Below, piece by piece: positions 17,281 through 25,000 of a stretch of DNA of 32,000 bases. The stretch lies in NCBI RefSeq assembly GCF_000284455.1, contig NC_017039.1:600001-632000 (forward strand), in the 5' to 3' direction. The notes beneath the pieces are model-generated. The model was not told the DNA's origin. It worked only from the letters and a program-made list of their open reading frames with translations, and made no database searches. The position numbers and the translations under genes are program-made. Every line of letters begins with the position of its first letter. The stretch's first letter is position 1. This stretch comes from Synechocystis sp. PCC 6803 substr. PCC-P (GTDB taxonomy: Bacteria > Cyanobacteriota > Cyanobacteriia > Cyanobacteriales > Microcystaceae).

Positions 17281-17491
17281 CTTTTGGTTGCCCTGACAAG
17301 GGCATAGCTAGCCCAATTAGCAATGAATCAATATGTTCAGCGAAGAACATGTTTGGAAAGTTTTATTCTGCTCCCTAAATCTGCCAATACTGTAGGGTCT
17401 GAAAGGCTTTCAAAACAAGTCTTGGGATGCCTTTAACAGCAGTTTTGCACAAAAAATTACTGTCCTGGTTTTATTGCAAGTGGCCATACCC

Positions 17492-18289
17492 CTATTCCAA
17501 AATCAGAGTATCTTTGGTTTTTTGCCGACGCTGCCTGTCTTTATCTTGATATTCTTGGATGCAATTATCCTGTTCGACCATTACACAACTGAGGTAATCT
17601 GTGATCTCGACCAATCCAGCCCTTAATGCTTTGCCCACAGGAGCCCTGGAAGTGCTTTGATTATCCTGACCCGTATTAACAATGCCCAAAATATTGACGT
17701 TATTAGCGGAACTAGCAGCAGTATCGGTGGCACGTCCTTCCACTGTTCTGGCATAAACTACTTCCCCTGTGCTGCTGTCAACCACCCGCAGGTCTATGGC
17801 AACATAGGCTTCTTGCTTGGCCTGACGCTCGCTGTTCCCAATACTAAAAAGACCCAGGTTAAGTCCAAAGTTGTTACCCCCAGATTCCGAGCTTACCCCT
17901 TCCTCATAGGCGGTAACTCTCCCCAAAACAATATACTGAGCCCCAGTCAACTGTCCTCTTTGAGCAGAGGTTTCTGGTCTCGTTAATCCTAATTCTGCTA
18001 ATTCCTGTTCCGACAAAACACTACCTAGATTTTGTCTTTCCACTACTTGAAAGTTACCAGTGGAGGTAAGTTCGTTACTGAGTGCATCGGCTAATTCCCT
18101 GGAGGTATTACCACTCCACCACCACCAACTCATGTTGGTATCATTTTTAAACTCTGGTACAGAAATGGTCGGTTTACCTTGCGCCTGGGCCGCTAAGGTC
18201 CCCGAGAACATGCCCGCCAACACCAAGAAAAATGGGAAAAGCTTTGATATCAAGGGAGCAGCCACCCTGTCTAGGTTGTGAGTTGCCAT
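17492..18289 (-). CDS. CsgG-family (curli secretion channel-like) periplasmic/outer-membrane protein without a lipobox
   Basis: The track ORF starts at a TTG (18316). I prefer the ATG at 18289-18287 (MATHNLDR...). The signal peptide ends AAQAQ-GK with no Cys. The CsgG pattern is present: ISVPEFKNDT...ELADALSNELTSTGNFQVVERQNL..EQEL, GAQYIVLGRVTAYEE, and VAIDLRVVDSSTGEVV (compare E. coli IAVNLRVVNVSTGEIL, from memory). Confidence 0.8.
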   Translation of the reverse strand: MATHNLDRVAAPLISKLFPFFLVLAGMFSGTLAAQAQGKPTISVPEFKNDTNMSWWWWSGNTSRELADALSNELTSTGNFQVVERQNLGSVLSEQELAELGLTRPETSAQRGQLTGAQYIVLGRVTAYEEGVSSESGGNNFGLNLGLFSIGNSERQAKQEAYVAIDLRVVDSSTGEVVYARTVEGRATDTAASSANNVNILGIVNTGQDNQSTSRAPVGKALRAGLVEITDYLSCVMVEQDNCIQEYQDKDRQRRQKTKDTLILE

Positions 18290-18412
18290 GGCGTTTATAG
18301 CTGATTTTTTAACCAAGGCTACAGTAGTGACGAGACAACAGTCAATAAAATATTTAACTTTTGGTTAACCAGATTTTTTGAGCGCAACTACGAAACTGTT
18401 TTAATCGGGCAT

Positions 18413-18817
18413 TTAGCCCAATAATTGTCTACGTTTTTGTTCAAATTCGTATTCTGTGAGTAGTCCTTCTAGTCGCAACTGTTCCAACTCCCGCATAGCT
18501 TCGGCCATGGTAATAACCTGTTGGGACGGTTGCAGGCTGTCTCCATTTTGGTGCCAGGCTCCCCCAAGATCGTTGAACTGTCGGTTAAAATCCTCTTCTC
18601 CCTGGACGAAATACCACACTGCATCAATGGCGCAGGCAATTCTAGGTATGGGGGTGTTCCACAGTAACCAATAGATTCCTGCCCACACGGGTTGCCCCAG
18701 GTAAAGCTTGTGGAGACCAGCAATGGGCCAAGGTAGTACCGCCGATGTCACCGCCAAGGCGATCGCCCAGTAGCGACGTTTTGGCAAAGATAACAAGGGA
18801 CTTAAAAAAGACATCAT
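18413..18817 (-). CDS. Membrane protein with an N-terminal TM2 domain and a C-terminal SHOCT domain
   Basis: 134 aa. The TM2-like motif is AGLHKLYLGQPVWAGIYWLL, with two hydrophobic helices. The SHOCT-like C-terminus is ELEQLRLEGLLTEYEFEQKRRQLLG. It lies 123 nt upstream of the preferred CsgG-like start at 18289 (96 nt from the TTG track start at 18316), on the same strand. Confidence 0.75.
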   Translation of the reverse strand: MMSFLSPLLSLPKRRYWAIALAVTSAVLPWPIAGLHKLYLGQPVWAGIYWLLWNTPIPRIACAIDAVWYFVQGEEDFNRQFNDLGGAWHQNGDSLQPSQQVITMAEAMRELEQLRLEGLLTEYEFEQKRRQLLG

Positions 18818-19316
18818 TTCAACTCTGAACAGGATCTGAATCAGTTGTAATTTTAGCCTTAGTCAGGGGGAATGTCGGCAGGAAAAACTGGCCTATGGGC
18901 TTGTTTCAAGACCGGTCTGCCAACCACAATCCTGGCGATCGCCGGCAAATTCGGGAAACCGTATTTTGCTAGGCAAAAATAAGTTTTACAATGGGAAGAA
19001 CTCCATGGCACGGGGTCTTCTGTCAATACAGAGGGTCTTTGTGCCCCTTTAGTTCCCCCAGGGGTTGGGCACGATTCGACTGAGGCACCCAAGCTAAGGT
19101 CTCCCAAAAATCCCATTTTCAACAAATCTTTTGCCTCTATTATTTTAGATTTTCACAAACTTTTGCTAAATTACTAAATTTTCATAGTTGATCGAGGTAA
19201 ATTATTGGTTTTTAATTGGTTACTGAACTGGGTTACATTTTTCCCTTGTGTCCAATAACTTTAATTAAATAATTAGATTTTACTTGACCATATCATTCAC
19301 CCTAGATGTCATAGTT

Positions 19317-19631
19317 ATGAGTTTTTTTGATTCAGATATTATCCAACAAGAAGCCAAACAATTGTTTGAAGACTATCAATCCCTAACCAAATTGGGTGGT
19401 GACTATGGAAAATTTGATCGGGATGGCAAAGTGATTTTCATCGAGCAAATGGAGGCTTTGATGGAACGCTACAAAATCTTTATGAAGCGCTTTGAGCTTT
19501 CCGATGACTTCATGGCCAAGATGACTGTTGAGCAAATGAAAACCCAACTGGGCCAGTTTGGCATCTCCCCTCAGCAAATGTTCGACCAAATGAATTTGAC
19601 ACTGGAAAGAATGAAAGCCGAAATCAAGTAG
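19317..19631 (+). CDS. Small conserved cyanobacterial protein (104 aa; possibly DUF1825)
   Basis: The track ORF begins at a TTG (19284). The in-frame ATG at 19317 gives MSFFDSDIIQQEAKQLFEDYQSL... The protein is helical and charged. Family assignment is from memory only. Confidence 0.6.
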   Translation: MSFFDSDIIQQEAKQLFEDYQSLTKLGGDYGKFDRDGKVIFIEQMEALMERYKIFMKRFELSDDFMAKMTVEQMKTQLGQFGISPQQMFDQMNLTLERMKAEIK

Positions 19632-19719
19632 ACTTCACGGTGTCGAAATTGTCTAGCCAGACGTTCCTCACCAATGTCAGAATGATGGGAGTAGGTTCCC
19701 CGTAGCAATTGCGAGAACT

Positions 19720-20571
19720 ATGCCCACCCTGGATCTTTTGGGTTTTCCTCACCACTATCAACAATCTGGCTCTGATCGACAGGGAGCTGCCCCCAGCTTA
19801 ATTTTTGTCCATGGTTGGCTCCTTAGTCACCATTACTGGTTGCCCTTGATGGAACTTTTATCCGGGCAATATTCCTGCGTTAGCTATGACCTGAGAGGGT
19901 TTGGTGCTTCCCAGAGTTTAGGCCATCCCCGTTCAGAATATGACCTGGAAGCCTATGGTCAAGATTTGATTGATCTATTGGAAAAACTAAACATTGAACA
20001 AGCTTGGCTAGTGGGCCATTCCTTAGGGGGGAGTGTGGCCATTTGGGCGGCCCACCTTTGTCCGGAGCGGGTTAAGGGGGTAGTTTGCGTGAATGCTGGG
20101 GGGGGAATTTACCTAAAGGAAGAATTTGAAAAGTTTCGCTCTGCTGGGGAAAAGTTATTGGATTTTCGTCCCCCTTGGCTAGGAAGATTGCCGTTGTTGG
20201 ATTTGGCTTTCAGTCGGATGATGGTGGAGAAACCCTTAGCTAGAAAGTGGGGCAGACAACGGTTATTGGATTTCTTGCGAGCGGATCAGCAAGCTGCCCG
20301 GGGGTCGTTACTGGAAAGTACGACGGAAGCGGCGGTGCATTTACTCCCCAAGTTGGTGGCAGAATTACCCCAGCCAATGTATTTCTTGGCGGGCCAAAAT
20401 GACCGGGTGATGGAATTGCAATATGTCAAATATTTGGCCAGTTTCCATGGTTTGTTTGCCCAGTTGGGAACTAATGTGGTGGAAATAGAGAACTGCGGCC
20501 ACTTTGCCATGTTGGAACAGTTGCCAGTGGTGGCGAATAAACTCCAACAAATCCTGGCTACGGATCACTGA
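19720..20571 (+). CDS. Alpha/beta-fold hydrolase (esterase-like)
   Basis: 283 aa. Oxyanion region LIFVHGW, nucleophile elbow GHSLGG, C-terminal catalytic His in ENCGHFAMLEQ. Recalled as slr1916. Confidence 0.85.
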   Translation: MPTLDLLGFPHHYQQSGSDRQGAAPSLIFVHGWLLSHHYWLPLMELLSGQYSCVSYDLRGFGASQSLGHPRSEYDLEAYGQDLIDLLEKLNIEQAWLVGHSLGGSVAIWAAHLCPERVKGVVCVNAGGGIYLKEEFEKFRSAGEKLLDFRPPWLGRLPLLDLAFSRMMVEKPLARKWGRQRLLDFLRADQQAARGSLLESTTEAAVHLLPKLVAELPQPMYFLAGQNDRVMELQYVKYLASFHGLFAQLGTNVVEIENCGHFAMLEQLPVVANKLQQILATDH

Positions 20572-20661
20572 ATGGGGGCAATTGTTGGCCGTTGACAATG
20601 CTTTTATCGGAAAATTCGGTCACCATAGAAATCAATGCTCCCCCCTTGATTTGGCTCTGCT

Positions 20662-21570
20662 ATGGTCTCCCTGGAATCTTCCCCCCCAGCCCTATCTCCC
20701 CACACTCCTCCCCTGTTTTGGCAATGGCGTAACCAGGCGATCGCCTATCAACAAAGGGGAGATCGAGGGCCAGCTGTGGTACTAATCCATGGCTTTGGGG
20801 CATCCTGGGGCCATTGGCGCAAAAATATCCCTGTCCTGGGGGAATATTGCCGTTGCTACGCCATTGATCTGTTAGGCTTTGGTGCTTCCGCCAAACCTCT
20901 CCCTAGTCAAGCATTGGGTTACACCTTCAGCACCTGGGGCGACCTGGTGGCGGACTTTTGCCGGGAAGTAATTGGTGGCCCGGCCGTACTTATTGGCAAT
21001 TCCATCGGCTGTGTGGTGGCCATGCAAACTGCCACCGACCACCCAGAATTGGTCACCGGCCTGATTGCTCTTAACTGTTCCCTGCGGTTACTCCATGATC
21101 GCAAGCGGTCAGCGTTGCCTTGGTACCGTCGGGTAGGGGCAGGGGTCTTGCAAAAGGTGCTGGGCTATCCCCAGATTGGCAAACTTTTCTTCCGACAGGT
21201 GGCCCGGGCCAAAACCGTTCGTCAGGCCCTCTGCCAAGCCTATGGGGACAAAAATGCGGTGACCGATGAGTTGGTGGCCATGCTCCTGCGGCCAGCCCAG
21301 GATGAAGGGGCGGCGGAAGTATTTTTGGCTTTCACCAGCTATTCCCAAGGCCCCCTACCGGAGGATTTACTACCCCGCATCCATTGCCCAACGGTGCTGA
21401 TTTGGGGGGAGGCTGATCCCTGGGAACCGATCGCCTTGGGGAGAGCTTTGGCAAACCATAACTGTGTGGAGCAATTCATTAGCTTACCGGGGTTGGGGCA
21501 CTGTCCCCAGGACGAAGCTCCGGAGGTAATTAATCCAATTTTGCGACAATGGATTACAGAGTGGAGTTAG
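20662..21570 (+). CDS. Alpha/beta-fold hydrolase, plant PPH/CLD1-like subtype
   Basis: 302 aa. The N-terminal region reads WQWRNQAIAYQQRGDRGPAVVLIHGFGASWGHWRKNIPVL...YAIDLLGFGASAKP. Nucleophile elbow GNSIGC. C-terminal His in GLGHCPQDEAPE. It starts 90 nt after the preceding hydrolase. Confidence 0.85.
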   Translation: MVSLESSPPALSPHTPPLFWQWRNQAIAYQQRGDRGPAVVLIHGFGASWGHWRKNIPVLGEYCRCYAIDLLGFGASAKPLPSQALGYTFSTWGDLVADFCREVIGGPAVLIGNSIGCVVAMQTATDHPELVTGLIALNCSLRLLHDRKRSALPWYRRVGAGVLQKVLGYPQIGKLFFRQVARAKTVRQALCQAYGDKNAVTDELVAMLLRPAQDEGAAEVFLAFTSYSQGPLPEDLLPRIHCPTVLIWGEADPWEPIALGRALANHNCVEQFISLPGLGHCPQDEAPEVINPILRQWITEWS

Positions 21571-21719
21571 ACCTACCATAGCCACCATTGGTTAGGGATA
21601 GAAAATGGCTTTCCTCCCTAGGGAGCCGAGGATGTCAATGGTAAGATCTTTGGGCATACTGGATGTCAGCACTCCCAATCAAGCATTCAAGGAAATTCAA
21701 CCAGAGGAGGTTTAGGACA

Positions 21720-22349
21720 ATGGGTGAACAAACTCCCTATCAGACGCTGGGTATATCAGAGGAAGCAACTTTTGAAGATATCCAAGCAGTCAAAACTCGG
21801 CTGTTTCGGGAACATGAGGGGAACACCCAGCTTTTAGAAGAGGTGGAGGCCGCCTACGACGCCATTATTATGGAACGGCTCCGTCTGCGTCAGGAAGGAA
21901 AAATCAAAGTGCCGGAAAAAATTCGTTTCCCCGAACGTCAGGTGGAAAGTACCGGCAATGGCTTCCCTTCCCTTCCAGCCCCCACAGCCCCCAGTTGGCT
22001 AGCCAATTCCCTAGATACTCCTTCCCAAAACGATATTCTTTGGCCCGCTGGCTTTTTTGCTGGCTTGATCTTGATCAGTTGGCTCACCCAAGGAGCGGGG
22101 GGATCAGTCCAATCCTTACTATTGGTGGTGGGGGTGTTTGGTAATATCTTCTTTCTCAATCGTAAACAGCGCAAATTTGGTAAGGCCCTACTGCTTAGTT
22201 TAGGAGCCCTTTTGGTGGGGATAATTTTGGGCACTGTCTTGGGTCAGTTGCTCTTGGGAGCTAATGTGGCGATCGGCCCTAACTTGGAACAAATTTCTGC
22301 CACTATTGCCTTTATTATCCTTTGGTTGATCAGCAGTTTTGTGCGGTAA
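21720..22349 (+). CDS. J-like domain membrane protein (HPD-less), CPP1/CDF1-like
   Basis: I start at the ATG at 21720, preceded by GAGGAGG (21704-21710); the track start is 21663. The J-like N-terminus is PYQTLGISEEATFEDIQAVKTRLFREHEGN...VEAAYDAIIMERL, with HEG in place of HPD. Three to four C-terminal transmembrane helices follow. Recalled as slr1918. Confidence 0.75.
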   Translation: MGEQTPYQTLGISEEATFEDIQAVKTRLFREHEGNTQLLEEVEAAYDAIIMERLRLRQEGKIKVPEKIRFPERQVESTGNGFPSLPAPTAPSWLANSLDTPSQNDILWPAGFFAGLILISWLTQGAGGSVQSLLLVVGVFGNIFFLNRKQRKFGKALLLSLGALLVGIILGTVLGQLLLGANVAIGPNLEQISATIAFIILWLISSFVR

Positions 22350-22401
22350 CAAATAGTCCCGACGGCCCACACACCTATGGGTCCATTTCCTCGGAGCCAA
22401 G

Positions 22402-24225
22402 TTATTGCGGTTGGGAAGGGGGAATACCCTTAATGGCAATTAGGGCCTCCATAACGTTTTTAACCACCGGGGCAGCCACGGTCCCCCCATAGGCATTGGC
22501 CCCCTTGGGTTCATCGATAATGGCCACCACCACATAGCGGGGATTGTCCACCGGCAAGATAGACACGAAGCTAGTGATTTTGGCGTTGGCTAAATAGCCC
22601 CCTCTGGGGCCAGCTTTTTGGGCTGTACCAGTTTTCCCACCCACCCGATAACCGGGAATCAGGGCCGCCTTGCCGGTACCCCCATCGCCGCTAACCACGG
22701 ATTCCATCATTTGCACCACGGAATGAGCTACTTCCGGCTTCACCACTTGTTTAACGGGGTGATCGGGTTGCCAGTGGAGATGGTTGCGGGCATCCACCAG
22801 ACCTTTAACCACGTGGGGAGTAACTAATTTGCCACCGTTGGCTAACATGGCGTTGAGTTGCAGTAATTTGATCGGAGTGAGGGAAAGACCCTGACCAAAG
22901 GAAGTGGTGGCCTGTTCAATGGGGTCATCCATAAAACTTTGCCTGGGCTTGAGATAACTGGCTGCTTCTCCGGGCAAGTCAATGCCTGTACGACTGTCTA
23001 ACCCCACCCCCTGCAATAATTCATAGTATCGTTCCGGCTTGAGACGACGGGCGATCGCCACCATGGCCACGTTACTGGAATAGCGGAGCACCTGGGTGAT
23101 GTTGATCATACCTGCGCCACTTTTGCTGGCATTGGAAATGGTCCAAGGCCCTACCCGCACCGAACCACTATCATTAATCCTGTCCTCTGGTTTCAACACC
23201 CCTTCATTCATCGCTAGGGCGACAATCACCGGCTTAAAGGTTGATCCCGGCTCGTACAGATCGCTCACGGACCAGTTTTTGAAATACTCCACCTTGGCTT
23301 TGTAGTATTCGTTGGGATTGAAGGTGGGCTCATTAACCATGGCGAGGATGGCTCCGTCCTGGGCATCCATGACCAAAACTGTGCCCCGCTTAGCTTTTTG
23401 TTGGGCAACCTGGGCCTTGAGCAATTCCCGGGCGGCCCGCTGCAAACGCATATCAATGGTTAACTGTACCTGCCAATCGTTGGACTGCAATAGGTTATCT
23501 GGCAAAGAATCCGGCAGCACAACCCCTTTCCCCGTGCGCCGAATGGCATAGGTCTCCACTTCTCGCTCCAAAATTTCTCTCTGACTGAGTTCTAGGCCTG
23601 CCTGGCCCTGGTGCTCCCCGTCTACGTAGCCAACAACATCGGCGGCCATTTCATCCTGGGGATAATAGCGACTATATTGTTTTTCCAAATCCACCCCCCC
23701 CATCCGTAAAGAGCCAATGCGGACAGCCTGGGACTCGTTGAGGCCGGTGGCCAGTTTGATGCCCGATTCCTTTTCTTTGAATTTTTCTTTTAGTTGGGCT
23801 GGGGTAATATCCCCCAAAATTGCCGATAGTTCCCTGGCAATGTAGTCAGTGGGATCGGTAATTTCCTTGGTGGCTTCAAAGTAACGGGGATGGACAAACA
23901 GAGTATAAGTTAGGCGATCGGTGGCTAAAACATTACCCTGGCTGTCCACAATGGAACGGCGGGGCACGTAGGGTTGCATGCTGGTGCTCTGTTGAGCCTT
24001 GGCCATGCGTTGCAGTTGGTTAGCTTCCACCACCTGGAGCCGGTAAAGACGATAAGCAAGCCCTCCCATGGCTACAAATAAAAACCCCCAGACCAAAAGC
24101 AAGCGCACTACCGGCACCCCCTGTTGTTGGGTTTTTTGTCTGTGCCTTTCCTGACGGGAAATATGCTTGGTAAAGGGAGATGAATTGGCAGTTGAAGAAT
24201 TTAGTTTTGGGTGGGAGGAGTCCAT
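22402..24225 (-). CDS. ftsI: Class B penicillin-binding protein / septal transpeptidase FtsI
   Basis: 607 aa. An N-terminal TM anchor and PBP dimerisation domain are followed by transpeptidase motifs STFK (YEPGSTFKP), SSN (RYSSNV) and KTG (GGKTGTA). Recalled as sll1833. Confidence 0.92.
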   Translation of the reverse strand: MDSSHPKLNSSTANSSPFTKHISRQERHRQKTQQQGVPVVRLLLVWGFLFVAMGGLAYRLYRLQVVEANQLQRMAKAQQSTSMQPYVPRRSIVDSQGNVLATDRLTYTLFVHPRYFEATKEITDPTDYIARELSAILGDITPAQLKEKFKEKESGIKLATGLNESQAVRIGSLRMGGVDLEKQYSRYYPQDEMAADVVGYVDGEHQGQAGLELSQREILEREVETYAIRRTGKGVVLPDSLPDNLLQSNDWQVQLTIDMRLQRAARELLKAQVAQQKAKRGTVLVMDAQDGAILAMVNEPTFNPNEYYKAKVEYFKNWSVSDLYEPGSTFKPVIVALAMNEGVLKPEDRINDSGSVRVGPWTISNASKSGAGMINITQVLRYSSNVAMVAIARRLKPERYYELLQGVGLDSRTGIDLPGEAASYLKPRQSFMDDPIEQATTSFGQGLSLTPIKLLQLNAMLANGGKLVTPHVVKGLVDARNHLHWQPDHPVKQVVKPEVAHSVVQMMESVVSGDGGTGKAALIPGYRVGGKTGTAQKAGPRGGYLANAKITSFVSILPVDNPRYVVVAIIDEPKGANAYGGTVAAPVVKNVMEALIAIKGIPPSQPQ

Positions 24226-24237
24226 GGCTCGAATTGT

Positions 24238-24696
24238 TTAGTAGGCAACGGGCCTAGTGGTGATGTTGAAATTGCTGGCGGAGGCAACGGTGGATTTATC
24301 AACGGAAGCAGGGGGAACACTAGCCTGGGCTGGCAGAAAAATATTCTGGCCAGGACTGGCCTTAACCAAACCAGAACTTGGTTGATTTGCTTCTTGGGCT
24401 AGTTGATGTTTGATGGCTTCAGTGTTGGTGATCAGTTGGCGTTCCGTTTGCTGGAGCGCTTTAAGTTGTTGATATTCCTTGCTCCAGAGGGTGGGGGTGT
24501 ACACCGTCCAACCATAAACCCCTAAAACCGTCGCCACTATTCCCAAGGTAAGGCAAGAAGTGGCCTGTTGAAACCGCAACAAGACCTGTAGAGAAGTGGG
24601 TAAAGATTCCTGGGGAGAGGTAATTAGGGGCGTAGGTTGGGAGGCAACTACGGTGGTACGGCGGGAGGCAAAGGCCGGTTTGGGTAAGGCAGACAT
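24238..24696 (-). CDS. Bitopic membrane protein with a periplasmic coiled coil; FtsL/DivIC-like candidate
   Basis: 152 aa. It has one TM helix (CLTLGIVATVLGVYGWTVY) followed by a heptad-like segment (EYQQLKALQQTERQLITNTEAIKHQLAQEA). It ends 12 nt before the ftsI start on the same strand. Confidence 0.6.
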   Translation of the reverse strand: MSALPKPAFASRRTTVVASQPTPLITSPQESLPTSLQVLLRFQQATSCLTLGIVATVLGVYGWTVYTPTLWSKEYQQLKALQQTERQLITNTEAIKHQLAQEANQPSSGLVKASPGQNIFLPAQASVPPASVDKSTVASASNFNITTRPVAY

Positions 24697-25000
24697 ATAA
24701 AAGTTAGTTAGGACTACAAAGGTGCGGTGGGTGAATTGTCTTCACTTTAACGGCAATGGGACAGAATTGGGTCTTTGAGGGGAAACTTTTAGGAGAATGT
24801 CGATAAAAACGACTTTTTGGTTTCCATACTCTGTTAGTTAATGGCTCTGAATGGGGTTCGAGATGGACAGTTTTGCTAGTGCAAATTTCGTAGCACAACT
24901 ACGTGTTTTGATGTCAATAAATTGGGGATCACTTATTATGACCAGGTTTCGCTGCATTGATACCATTCTTGGATTCATCCATCTGGGCTAAAGAATTTTC

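Noticed and set aside
17333-17350. Inverted repeat ATGTTC-AGCGAA-GAACAT between the convergent genes at 17280 and 17492, and the GCCCT-GACA-AGGGC hairpin at 17291-17304
   Set aside because: The stems are short and lack a following U tract on either strand. This is insufficient to call a terminator.
18859-19125. 88-aa minus-strand ORF in the divergent intergenic region
   Set aside because: There is no recognisable motif, SD or start context, and the composition is P/G/S-rich. It is kept only as part of the region flagged for transcript checking.
24704-24898. 64-aa minus-strand ORF between glcF and the FtsL-like gene
   Set aside because: It is short, has no RBS and no motif, and lies in what is most likely the promoter/5' UTR region of the FtsL-like/ftsI unit.
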